Positions 51,866 through 64,000 of a DNA stretch of 64,000 nt are shown piece after piece (position 1 is the stretch's first letter; each line of letters starts with the position of its first letter). The DNA comes from the human T2T-CHM13v2.0 reference genome, Homo sapiens. Location of the stretch: NCBI RefSeq assembly GCF_009914755.1, contig NC_060926.1; one strand, given 5' to 3'. The translations under genes and the position numbers were made by a program. The notes under the pieces were generated by a model that was not told where the DNA came from, made no database searches, and saw only the letters and a list, made by a program, of their open reading frames with translations.

Positions 51866-52775
51866 AATTGCCAATTCCAGATCCTAATTTACCCACAAAA
51901 GTTTGGCCCAGATGGGTAGCCATGGAACATTCGAAGCTTCGGCTAAGAAAACATGGGGAATTTCCAGATTCACCTAACGGTAGTGGTTGTGGTGGGTTAG
52001 GGTAAGGCAAAAAGTATTCAAGACCTTAAGAAGAAAAAAAAAAACCCCACGTTTTTGCCCTGGATGAAGCTACACAATCCCTATAAAAGAGGAGCCTGCT
52101 TGGCATCTGAGGAAGCGTCTTCAAGATCCACTATCTGGATGCCCGCCTAATCCTGCTTGCTTCCTTAGTTGCAAACTTATCCTCACTTAGGACATTACCT
52201 TTTATTCCCCTTCTGGTCCACGTTTTACATTTCAAATCAGACAGTTCCAACTTTATACTGTAGAAAGATAAGCTGTAGCTTCTAGAATTCCTCTTCCCTG
52301 GGGGCAAAACCCCAAACTTCCTGTGTATGGGAAGAGGGCTTAAGACATATCGTACTTAGTTTCCTATTCAGCTCTGTCTCAGTATCCTCTCTTGATTTTG
52401 GTGTCCACTTTCCCTGTGATGAAACACTCCTTCCTTAACTCTGATCCTACATGTATCTGGGTGATCTGCCAAGCACTTAAAGAATGGGGTGACTTGCCAA
52501 AGACTTAATTTGTGATTTATTATTTGACATTTTGCAGGAAGATACCAGTCAGCACCTCCTGCTTAGCCTTTGGGAAGGAATGGTAGGTATTTCCAAAAAT
52601 TCCGACTATCTTCTCCTACTCTCCCTCAGCAATGGAGAGTGAACAGGACTTTTGGTTTCTAAGGTCTAGGCCCTTCCTGTAGGCCACTGAGGCTGTTAGA
52701 AATGGACCAGTCTTCTTAGAGGACTTATAATTTAACCCCCTCTATTATGCCCTGCTTATGGGAAGAGAGCTATTC

Positions 52776-53455
52776 TTTTTTTAAAAAATTTATTTATTTT
52801 TATTATACTTTAAGTTCTGGGATATATGTGCAGAACGTGCAGGTTTGTTATATAAGTATACATATGCCATGGTGGTTTGCTGCACCCATCAACCCATCAT
52901 CTAGGTTTTAAGCCCCACATGCATTAGATATTTGTCCTAATGCTGTCCCTCCCCTTTTCCCCCACCCCCTGACAGGCCCTGGTGTGTGATGTTCCCCTCC
53001 CTGTGTCCATGTGTCCTCATTGTTCAACTCCCACCTATGAGTGAGAACATGCGGTGTTTGGTTTTCTGTTCCTGTGTTAGTTTGCTGAGAATGATGGTTT
53101 CCAGCTTCATCCATGTCCCTGCAAAGGACATGAACTCATTCTTTTTTAAAGGCTGCATAGTATTCCATGGTGTATATATGCCACATTTTCTTTATCCAGT
53201 CTATCATTGATGGGCATTTGGGTTGGTTCCAAGTCTTTGCTGTTGTAAATAGTGCTGCAATAAACATACGTGTGCATGTGTCATTATAGTAGAATAATTT
53301 ATAATCCTTTGAGTATATACCCAGTAATGGGATTGCTAGGTCAAATGGTATTTCTGGTTCTAGATCCTTAAGGAATTGCCACACTGTCTTCCACAATGGT
53401 TGAACTAATATACACTCCCACCAACAATGTAAAAGCATTCCTATTTCTCCACATT
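52776..53455 (-). mobile_element. L1PA8-like 3' end, 5'-truncated
   Basis: Antisense 3'UTR and ORF2 C-terminus; 15-bp TSD GGAAGAGAGCTATTC (52761-52775) / GGAAGAGGGTTATTC (53456-53470). Confidence 0.93.
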
Positions 53456-53870
53456 GGAAGAGGGTTATTCGATTCTTGTAGAAAGAGGCAGCAGAATGTG
53501 AGTGTAGTTCAGAAAATAAAAAGGAGGGAAAGGAGAAGTATAAGAGAGGGACTTTGTGTCCACTGACTGTCTAAGTCATATTGGAATCTTTTCTAGGGTT
53601 GTTACGTGGTCTGGGATGTGCTAGGACTCAAAGATTGCTGAGACAGAATTGGACAAGCATTCCCAGAGCACTGGTCAGACCAGTGGATCCATCCCAGCAC
53701 TGAAGCCCAGGAAGACTCACCAGGAATTCTGTCCCTTTCTGTCAGTAGGATTCTTGCTGTCCCTGTACTATGGGATCTTTGTCTACTACCTTCTAGTCTC
53801 AGTAGTGTAGGTTCCTACATTTCAGAATACCACCAGGTTATGTCCTAGTTGCAAAGGGCATGCAGCCAGG

Positions 53871-55281
53871 CAGGGCCAATGTTATGGGTGTACCACCTGG
53901 GCAGTTGCACAGGATTCGCACTCAGAAGGGTCCCATGCTTGGTTTAATGCTCTGCTGTTTGCCATCTTTTAATCCTTCATGACTTTACCATTGAACCTGT
54001 GTTTTGTATTGAAGTCCAATGGAGCAAGTGTGTGAGCAGAGGCAATATTGCAATATACACGTGCACTGTTTCTTGATGCCCCATTTGCATATAGCATTCA
54101 CCATGTTCAAGAGCATAGAATTCCTATGGACCCATGATGTGAGGGAGTTCATCAAGACCCAAAAGAGATTACCCGGTAAGCCTATTACATCTACGGCTGA
54201 GTAAGTGGGGGTGCTAAAAGCTAAAACCATTGAGAGGTCATACTTTTTTTGTTTCTTTCTTTCTTTTCTTTATTATTTTGTTGTTGTTGTTGAAATGGAG
54301 TCTCGCTCTGTCATACAGGCTCGAGTGCAGTGGTGTGATCTCGGCTCACTGCATCCTCCACTTCCTTGGTTCAAGTGATTCTCTTGCTTCAGCCTCCTGA
54401 GTAGTTGGGACTACAGGCACCTGCCACCACACCCAGCTAATTTTTGTATTTTTGGTAGAGATGTGGTTTTGCCATTTTGGCCAGGTTGGTCTCAAACTCC
54501 TGACCTCAGGTGATCCACCAACCTTGGGATCCCAAAGTGCTGGGATTACAGGTATGAGTCACCGTACCCGGCCACACTTTCTATTTGAACCAGCACTTGC
54601 ATTCAACACAGAATGAAGGAAATAGTGTTCTAAGAAACACGAATGGCCAAGGGACACTATTAGATTCTAACCTACTCGCATCACTTTCCTATATTAGCCA
54701 ACCACTTATGCTAAAAAAGATGACATCAAAGGAAAGAGAAAGATAGAGCAACCCATAATTCTTTTTCCTTTCAGTTCTTTCTTACTCATCAGTAAGCTGA
54801 AGATAGAAAGTGTTGGTAGAATGCTTGTGTATCAAACAAGATGCAAAATAAAAAGAGTCGAGGTAGTTTTGTGTATGTGCATGTAGCGTTTCCACTGTTC
54901 TGGTAAGAACAAAATACATATGCATGTGTAAACTATGAAATACAAATTGTATAATTTCAGTGATTCTGCATACAAGTTAAATGTTCTTATATTTGCATTT
55001 AAAAGTGGCATTGCACAATATAAAGTTGAACAGTAAAATTTATGCCAATAATTTGAAATGTAAATTCTGTTTCTGAGAATGACATTAGATACATTTTTTT
55101 AAAAAAACACAGACTATAAGAAGTTGAGAGAGAGAAAGAGAGATCATGGAAGAAGGGAAAAAAACTACACTGTAGTATATTTAACAGTATTTGCATTTTG
55201 AACTGGGCCCCACAAATTATGGACAAGCAGCCCCGCATTTTCATTTTGTACTTGGACCTGCAAATTATGTCAGCGTCCTTG
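53871..55281 (+). mobile_element. MER45B-like hAT-Tip100 DNA transposon interrupted by an Alu
   Basis: Left end CAGGGCC...CTCAGAAGGGTCCCATGCTTGGTTTAATGCTCTGCTG and right end GCCCCGCATTTTCATTTTG...CAAATTATG match MER45 termini. Confidence 0.85.
54244..54573 (-). mobile_element. AluSx-like
   Basis: Reverse-complement dimeric Alu with CCTGACCTCAGGTGATCC and a T-rich/(TTG)n tail. Confidence 0.93.
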
Positions 55282-56621
55282 AGCCCAGAGTCCCTGCAAA
55301 GCACCCAAGTGGGTTGAGAGGCCTGTGAGTACTGACATTTTGGGGGCAGGCTGGCATGCCAGGGTATTCTGAGCTGGGATCAAAGGGAAGTAGACACAGA
55401 CCTCAGTCAATAGGGCCAGCCTTCCTGTCCAAGAGAAACCATTGAACAAGAGGGTGAACTGGATGTAGCGAATAGGGTAGAGATTCAGTGATCTTTACAC
55501 AATGCCAAACGTGACCATGCTGAGATGTTTGTGCTCTGAGAGACCTGTGAATGATCTGCCTAGGCTCTAAGGTTAAGGCTTTGATGGTCAAGCTGCTATG
55601 CCTTTGCAACTCAGAACTGAATGTAAGCATCTGAGGCCTAGGAAAATCAGAGCATTTGAAAGCTGGGCGGGACCTCCCTAAGGATTGATTCCATAGCTCA
55701 GCTCTTTAATTTTATATGTGAGGAAACTAAGGCTCTGAGTTTAATGTGAAAGGAAACCTAAACTCCAACTTAATCCCAGCTTTCTTCCTAAGGAGTTGTG
55801 AATCTTAGACAAGACACCTACCTTTTGCAAGCCTCCGTTACCTTAAATTTATATTAAGGTGGTTAAGGTATAAATCCTCTAAGGAGACTGGTTCGTTTTC
55901 AAAGCCCTAATATTTAAAAATCTCACACTGACCCCAGGAATTTATATTCATTTGTCATACTCTAAATGGCATATTACGCCATTGAAATTAGACATCAACA
56001 TCTATGCTGCTGCTTTAATAAAACCTTCTTTAAGATAAAGGCATCATTGACAGGATTGTGTGCTGTAAATTCTGAAACTCTGCTCTATTTCAGGGCGAAG
56101 TCAGGAATAATCCAAGTTCACTTACTGGGATTTTGTCTAAAATTTGGGCAGTTCTCTAGGACAAAATAATGAAAAACTAACTGTGAACATGGCCTTGTAA
56201 ATATAAACATATAAGATTAGATCAATGTTTCATGCAGATAGTATTTATATTTATTTCTATGCTTCCTTACCTCTTGGGAGAATAGGAAACCATTAACCCT
56301 AATTTCCACAGGAAATGAGGTGATTATGGTGATTTTGGTCAAATATTAGAGCACTGTCAGGGATTCTGTTGGTTTATGTGAGCAACCCATAATACTTGGG
56401 TTTATAGAAATAATGATGTTTATAGACGAATTCACCTGATATACTATGGTGAAGGTGAAGGGACAGATCTGGAATTGATAGCTAATTTGTGTAACTGGCC
56501 AATTAATAAATATCACTTTTACGGTCAAAAAAAGAGAGAAGGAAATAGGCTGGAGGTGTGAAAGAGCTTTGTCAGAGAGTTGCTATTGCCAAAGCTCCCA
56601 ACTTTGTTCCAAGAAGACAAG

Positions 56622-57004
56622 TGTTTTCATGCTGCTGATAAAGACATACTCAAAAACTGGGTAATTTATAAAGAAAAAGAGGTTTAAGGAACTCACACTT
56701 CCACGTGGCTAGGGAGGCCTCACAATCCTGGCGGAAGGTGAAAGGCATGTCTTACATGGTGGCAGGCAAGGAGAAAATGAGAATCAAGTGAAAGGGGTTT
56801 CACCTTATAAAACCACCAGATCTCATGAGACTTATCCACTACCATGAGGACAGTATGGGGGAAACTGCCCCCATGATTCAGTTATCTCCCATTAGATCCC
56901 TCCCAACAACACATGGAAATTGTGGGAGCTACAAGCAAGATGAGATTTGGGTGGGGACACAGCCAAAGCTATCCTTATTGATATGGTTTGGCAAAACTAT
57001 ATCA
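56622..57004 (-). mobile_element. THE1B-like MaLR solo LTR with a rearranged end
   Basis: TGTTTTCATGCTGCTGATAAAGACATA...GATTTGGGTGGGGACACAGCCAAA...TATATCA; perfect 5-bp TSD ACAAG (56617-56621, 57005-57009). Confidence 0.92.
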
Positions 57005-58392
57005 ACAAGGAAAGCTTTGGCAGTAAATCCTGCCACTAAATCTCACTCTGGGAACTAACCGTTTGTCTCAGTTCTTGGATTTGGCTTTGTCCTAAGGTCA
57101 TGGCTTTCTGAACTGGAGGCTCTTGGCACTTTATTTGGATGCTGTGTTGGCCCCTCTCTTGCATAGGGATGACCATGCCTGGATACAACTGTGGGTTCCA
57201 TCACAATTGATCTGATGTCATCCAGAGCAGAGAGAATGATCATCTTTAGAGTTCTTGCCCAACCCTAGACACAGAAGTTTATAAATATGGAGCTGTAAAT
57301 TTTATTATCCCTCTCTAGCGATTCTCATGGAAGAAATAAATTGGCAAAAGTTTAATTTGTTTTATTGAAGCTCTTTCACATTCTTAAACATTTCTTTTTT
57401 TTTCTTTTCTTGAAATAGGGTCTGGGCCATCTACCTGGTTCCGCAGATTGAGGCTCATGAATGGAAGGGGGCACTAGAAAAATAAAGAGCTTGAGGTCTC
57501 CGGAAGAGATCCTGCTCTAGGTGCTGAAGTCTGCATGGGTTGATGGGGAATCATGGTTTCTTTACCTTCATTTCCTGACCTAGACTCACTGTCAGCTCCT
57601 GTGTCCTTTATCCTTGGACTTGTTTGCAAATTCTGTTTCTTGAATTAACCCCTGTTCCTTCTATCTTAACTTCTGCTGCTGAGTTGACCTTGTGTTTTGC
57701 ATTGACTGTTTCTAACTCCATTTTTTACTTGACACACTGAATTTTAGCATCAACGACTCATCTTATCCAACCTGCAAGACTGGCCCATCACTAGTTTGGA
57801 TTTTCATCACTTCCTGCTTGTCATGTGGTACTCTAGTCACTAAAACTGGAGAAAGGCTCCATTTTTCCTCTATTGACAGCCTTTTCTCCCCAAATCATGG
57901 ATGGTGGTAGTAGTGGTAGCAGGGTATATTGGCAGCAAAACAACGTGTTTTGGTTTCCTGGTCTCATTTTCCCTGGAACGAATTTCTTAGATGAGTTTTA
58001 GTTGCTAGGAGAATTGCCTGTTTTCCTCAGGAAGATCTCGTAAGTGTGCTCTATTTAGGTTTAATTAATAAATGCATTTTCATTGGCTCTTTCTACTGTG
58101 AAATGAGCGAAGATTAGAGGCATGTCAAATCAAATAGTTCTAAAGAAATAAATTAACAAACCAATGAAAAAGCACTTTATTTTAAGCACAGAAATGTTAT
58201 GCTATCAAAGCTACAGTTAAATATATAAACAATACTGTCTATTGTGTCAAATCTTATAAATCATAAACATAATTTAATCTAATGGGTATTAGCAGGAAAT
58301 GCTCCTTTTTTTTTTGAAAATGAATTGTTGTTTGTATATGTAGGAAAAGAGACCAGTATCTCCCAGTGTGGAAAATGTATATTTATAATCCA

Positions 58393-58632
58393 CTGTAGTG
58401 GTTAACAGCATGATGTTAGGAATTGAAAATCCTGGATCCTGAACCTGGCTCTGCCACTTATTAGCTGTGGACCTTGGGCAAACATCCTTATCTGGAAAAT
58501 GGAAATAACAGCAGTACTGACCTCATGGGGCTGTTGTGCATTTTAAATGAATTAATATGTGTAAAGTGCTTGGTTCCATGCCCTGCATATAGTAATTACT
58601 TAATAAATATCAACTATCATCATCATTATTAT
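58393..58632 (+). mobile_element. MIR SINE
   Basis: GTAGTGGTTAACAGCATG...GGCTCTGCCACTTATTAGCTGTGGACCTTGGGCAA...TTAAATGAATTAATATGTGTAAAGTGCTT. Confidence 0.88.
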
Positions 58633-60744
58633 TATGTGCAGGATGAAAAAGAAACTAGAGTAGAAACTCAGGAACTCTGAAAAAGACTTTAAAAAGTAAT
58701 AAGAAGGCTTTGAGGTAGATTAACAAGAGCAAAACAACAAAGTAAAATGGAAGAAATAAATGTACTTTTATTTGCTTTTTAAAAATTAACAAATAATTTC
58801 AGAGATTGAAATTATTTCAAGTACTTTTCCGTGGCCAAGCATAGAGCACTGTCACATTCACTGAGTGTCTCACTCTATAAAGATTGTAATTACGATCAAG
58901 CTGGTATTAAACCAATCAAACGAGCCTGACCCAACAGTCATACATTGCTTTTCAATGTCAAGTTCTTAAAAAAAAAGAAAAATAAAGCTCTTTAATTTAT
59001 GGTAATCTAATATGTGCATAGTGCTTCAAATGTTCTATTAAACCAATGTAGTCAAAACTCTAAAATTTTAAGCATTCTCAGACATAAGTTGCATCAGCCA
59101 GCCTAGGGCAGTGGCTGAAAGGTGGAGGAGGGCCGGAAAGAAAAAGAAGAGAATGCTTTATAATAGTGGGTCATTATTTCCTTTGTTATATTTTGGTTTC
59201 TTTAAAATTGTTCAGTTGCATTTAAGTCCCCAAGAACCACGAAAATTATGTTGAACAATAGCAGGGATTTGTGAAAAGATTCCTCAGATAACATTTGAAA
59301 AACACAAGCAGCCCTTGAACCTTTTTGCATCCAGTAACATCTGACAGGCTTTGTGAGCTGCAGCCACCTGCAAGAATTCTAAAATAGATGCTTTCACACA
59401 ACAGAGAATTCTCAGAATTGATGTGTTAATATCATTCTCTTAATTACTTGACATCTGACCTAAGTAGTGGTAACAAGATGATTTCGGCCGAAGTGAAAGG
59501 GAGAGTTGAGGCTGTCATTCACATATTTTTGGCCACAAAATAAAGAAAGAAAAAGGACAGCTACTGAGAAAAAACTTTGTGTCATGAAAAAACATTTTAT
59601 GGTATCAGTTAGACAAATTGTCTACCCAGCTGAAGTTCACTAAATAATTACTTAATCTACCACTTCATTTTTTCTGTGTATATCAGCTTAGCTTTTCAAC
59701 AGCATGAAGAGTTTACTTACCATTTGGGGGTGGTAAGAAGAGAGTAGTTGGGGTAGAGGGTATGGAATCCTCAATGGAAAATGTATATTACAGTGATTTT
59801 GTTTATGGAGATTCCTCAAAGCGTGGAATAAAATATATAGAAATAAATACAGGTTTAAAAAATACTTAGAAGCCCCAGGGCTAAGAAAAACTCCAAATAA
59901 TGGAAAATTCATTAAAAGATAAAAATTATAGGTCTGAAATTCAAGTTAAATCAATAACTTCTACTAATGAAAGCAAGCCTCCCTGGGTGGGTCACATCCC
60001 AGCTGCTTATTTCCCAGCCCAAGACAAGGTTTTATTTCCTATTTGTCTTCCTCTTTTTTCAAACTGTCAACACTGCAAAGCCAATACAGCTGCGGGTAAA
60101 GCAGCTGTGTGATATTCCGCCTCCCACGTCGCCAACCAAATTGCCTGCTCAGTTTTCCTTTATTACTGGTACTGGAGGGATCCCATGGCAGGGCTGGGGA
60201 CTGGCTGATTCATTTACCTCTGCATCTATCAGGGAATCTCTCGCTTTAGGAACTCTCTTTCTACTCATCTTTCCCTCCCCTGTATTATTTTAGCCTTTTA
60301 TTGTTAGTTATAGAAAGATCATGCTCACAAGACAGTTCTGACTCCCTGACTCCTGATTATTTCCTTAGCATTTGGCCTTAAGCACAACTATGTACTTAAA
60401 AACTCCCTTTTTTGATGGCTGTGTAGTACTCCTATATGGAAGAATCACAGTTCATTAACCATTTTCATACTTAAGCATGAACAATCACATAATGAATATC
60501 TATACATAAATGCCTACGTTTACTTTCTATTATTTTCATCAGGATGCCTACAAGTGCATTGCTCGATAAAAGCCTATGCAGTTTTAAGAGGTTTTTGATG
60601 CCTAGTGCCAAATTGCTTTCCTTTCTGGATCTATGAGTGTATGAGAATCTAAGCCGTTATTAATACCTCCCACATGGGAGAGAAATGTGTTTCTTTCTCT
60701 CCTTGGCATAAGGCAGGTAAGGCAGGGGCCATGTCACATCTCAA

Positions 60745-60900
60745 AGTTGTGGTTCCTAACTGGGCCTGACATAACCATCACCTGAGGTGCTGCCTACAAA
60801 TCGGCTTCCTGGTGCCCTCACCTACAGATTCTGATGCAGTGGCTGTAGATGGGGTCTCAACTTAGTAAGTGAGTAGGCTCCCCAGGGATGCTTATGGCAG
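60745..60900. mobile_element. MER5-like DNA transposon relic
   Basis: GTGGTTCCTAACTGGGCCTGACATAACCATCACCTGAGG...CAGATTCTGATGCAGTGG...CTCCCAGGGATGC. Confidence 0.55.
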
Positions 60901-62438
60901 AGAAATAGGAGGTAGGAGAGATGCCCGTTGAGGGTTGGGATGAGTGGTTGAGGGAGAGAAATAACAAATTGTGTAAGGTGCTTGGGCTTGTGCCTCCAAG
61001 ATACAAACTTTGAATGAAATCTTATGGCAGTGTCTGTTTCAGGGATCTATAAAGCTGGACCCCAAAGACACCCTGGGAGGAAGAAGAGGTGTGGTGAGGT
61101 GAGAGATGATATTGAAAGTAGACATCAAGAAGGGCAAGGTCAATGGGAGTGTAATAGTTAGAAAAGACTTCCTGGAGGAGTTCAGCTGAGCTTTCTGACC
61201 ATGCCAGCCTGCCTAAGGATTATTCTCCAGTTGTTGAGTGTTCACACGTTTGACATTTCTCCAATTACACCACAAATTCCTATTTTGGCAAAGCTGTTGT
61301 GTGTGTGTTTGCACATACATATATACACACAGATAAATATGTAGGCTTTGCCCTTAAATCTCGTATGCATAAATTGTATGATTTCATTTGATAAGAAATG
61401 CATGAATGGATTTCTTCCTCTACCACATTAAAGTATTGCAGGTGAGTCTAAAATTATCTTTCACCATCATCACCCAGCATATACCTTGCACTCCCTGAAG
61501 TAATCAACACTGTCAACTTGGTGTGTATACTTTCATAGCTTTTTCTGTGTACGTACATCCATGTGTATGCTTGTAATGCAAATGTGTGGGACAGTGGTAA
61601 GTGTGAGCACATTTTAAATAAATAATACCAGACTGTATGCATTATTTTGCAACTTGCTAGGAAGGGATGCACATTTGGGCCCATTCTAATTTTTTTTTTT
61701 TAATGCAGATACATCTAAAATCCACCTGTCCACTATCTGAATACTAGTCCGCTCTTCTTTCCAGAGGTAAGCCCTGTCATCATTTTGGAGGGCATCCCAG
61801 GCAATGGCTATATTTTATACCTCATCCGTCTCTCCACTAATTCTTTGACATCTATCTGCAGTCATAGATTCTTAGAACCAAAAGGATTTTTATAGATTAT
61901 CTGCTCTAGCCCCCTTATTGTATACATGCAGAAATAGATCAAATGCCTGGTCTCGGGTCACACTTATTACCTTGGTCTTGGTTTTTGTGACCCTTAGCTA
62001 GGTGTGTTCCTCCCTTTCCCAATCTGTGTTACTCCTAGCAACTTCCACTCAAACGGTTTAAATTGAAAGCATCCTTAGTAACAACTTCATTCACAAAGAG
62101 TCTGTGAAATTCTCTCTTTTACCAAGATGTAGGCTTTGGGGAGGAAAGAATTAGACAACTAATGTCAAGCGTGAGCTGTGTCAGGAGCCGTACTTCCTGT
62201 GACTTTAAGCAACTGAGAGCACCAGGAACAGTGTGGTCCTTTGGTTTGACCTCCTGATACTGCAGGTGAGAGGAGACCTTGGCTCCAACTCTCTGAATCC
62301 CTCAGTGGGATAAGATTTTCATTTTGAGGCCAACCGTTTGAAGGCCAGCTCCCACCTTTTGGCTTTCTAACGATGTCAGAGGCAGAAAGAGCACAGCTTG
62401 ACTCTTGAATTTCAGGTTCAGTCCATTTCAGGGATAAG

Positions 62439-62484
62439 CAGAAAGAAAAGAAGAAAGAAAGAAAGAAAGAAAAGGAAAAAAAAA
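62439..62484. repeat. (GAAA)n purine-rich simple repeat
   Basis: AGAAAGAAAAGAAGAAAGAAAGAAAGAAAGAAAAGGAAAAAAAAA. Confidence 0.85.
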
Positions 62485-64000
62485 CCCCTTTGGCTTACAA
62501 AGTAAGAATCTTTGAAATGAAAGTTGTGCCGAGAGTAAATATGGAGCCTCACAATACCGTCTCTGGAGCCGCGTTTCAGAACACAAGGGCACTTCCTCTC
62601 TGTAACAGAAAGCTAAGAGATGTCATGTTCCTTAATTAAAACGTATCTCAAGAGTCAGTGGGAGGCACCTGCACAGCCCCTACCTGAAGATGCCGATTTA
62701 CAGAAAAACTTCCAGCCGTGGGATTCATACAAGGGACACACTGGCAATTGTGAGATTCTTTTAAAATCAGCTTCTGTCTGTCATACCTATGTAGTTACAA
62801 AATCAAAGGGGATAATAAAGTTCAATTGTATATTCACAGTTTGATATTTCTATTGACAGGTCTCACACAGAAAAACGCCATTTCAGGAAACTCTGATTCT
62901 GTGTCCCTCTATGAAAGGCACTAAAAGGCTCTCCTGGGTTGCAAATCCCCACCCAACAATCCCTGTAAATCTGAATCTATAAAGTGGCCCCATCAAGGTT
63001 CAAAGATGTCAAATTGGGCCTCCTCTCCCCAGGTTCTGTTTGTGATTTTAAAATATCCCTCTGATGGTGAGGGAAAAAGGAAACCACCCAGACCAAGGCA
63101 CAACTGGGTTAAAATCCCAGATCCTAAGTAGAGAAGAGCAGTTAACCCAACCATTACCATATCCCAGAGGGGAGATTAGAACCACTTCCAGGCACTGAGG
63201 TCTGTGTAGACCACATATGACCCTTCTCTCCATCCAGCTGCCCTCTCTTCTTCTGCAGAGGGTCTGTATCAACTCTCAATGTCCTTGTGTTTTAAAAATG
63301 TCAATATATTTTGCTACTGTGGGAATATTCTTCAGGGCCACTAGAAAACCAATATGCAGGTGCTTCTAATTTTTAGAGAAGATTTTTTCTTGAAAAATTG
63401 GGGTGTGTGTTCGGCTGGATTCAAAACGAGCAAGTCTGTTCTTGTAATACTGCATGGGACTAGGCTTATGCAAGAGCAGTGCACATCTGAATGCAAAAAT
63501 TAAATGGAGGAATTGGGGAGGGGGGAGAACAGGTGCTCTTTTATAAAGGCTAAATTCCATATTTACCAAACTGATTTGCATGAGGCATGTTTTCAATGAA
63601 AATATTGCTACTCATTTTGCTGCATTTGTGCAACAGAAACATAAGGATGGAGCAGAAGAAGGGTGCGGTTCTCAAGCTGTCTTCTTGTACCTACCCTTCA
63701 GCCGGCACTTACATGGCACATTTGGGAGATTAGCTCATAAAACTCTGACTTCCTACTACCAAGAGAGCAGGACTCTGGGTTTTTTCTGACCCCACGATGC
63801 AGCCTCTGGGTCAAGGTCATTTGTTCCATTGACTATCACCAAGTTAAAACACCTAAATTATCTCAAGAGAAGAATTATATTCCAAGTTAATTCCATGCCT
63901 TCTCTTAGTAATCTAAGCCAATGTTAATTCTTACTACCAAGAATGTCTTCCTCCTGTTTTAAATCTTTTACTTATGCTTTACTTCCTCCTATGTAAATCC

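Noticed and set aside
61420-62272. Plus-strand donor-like motifs CAG|GTGAGT (61441/61442), GAG|GTAAGC (~61766) and CAG|GTGAGA (~62265)
   Set aside because: No convincing paired acceptors or exon-like composition; the first two sit at edges of L1ME-like relics

Overview
Primate, human-like, CpG-depleted intronic or intergenic DNA. AluJ/S/Y, L1PA and THE1/MST elements are present, and roughly half the window is recognisable interspersed repeat. No intact cellular protein-coding gene, RNA gene or CRISPR-like array is supported; almost all ORF-track entries are L1 fragments, pseudogene fragments or chance ORFs. Main features: (1) a full-length but disabled L1PA7/8-type LINE-1 (11898-18331) inserted in the A-tail of a 5'-truncated Alu; (2) a 3'-truncated processed pseudogene of HSP90AB1 on the minus strand (~27393-28700); (3) a near-complete MST-type MaLR LTR-internal-LTR element (~44338-46694); (4) many solo LTRs, hAT DNA transposons, L2 and MIR relics, several with readable target-site duplications (TSDs). 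I found no evidence for a new biological system. The most interesting observations are a ~60-bp fold-back palindrome formed across a THE1B LTR junction, a 21-nt L1 3' transduction, a textbook recursive-splice-site motif on the minus strand, well-formed plus-strand candidate exons, two cryptic deletion junctions, and a pseudogene 5' leader that may preserve an ancestral HSP90AB1 UTR. Repeat subfamily names come from recalled consensus sequences and need RepeatMasker/Dfam confirmation; boundaries without TSDs are approximate.
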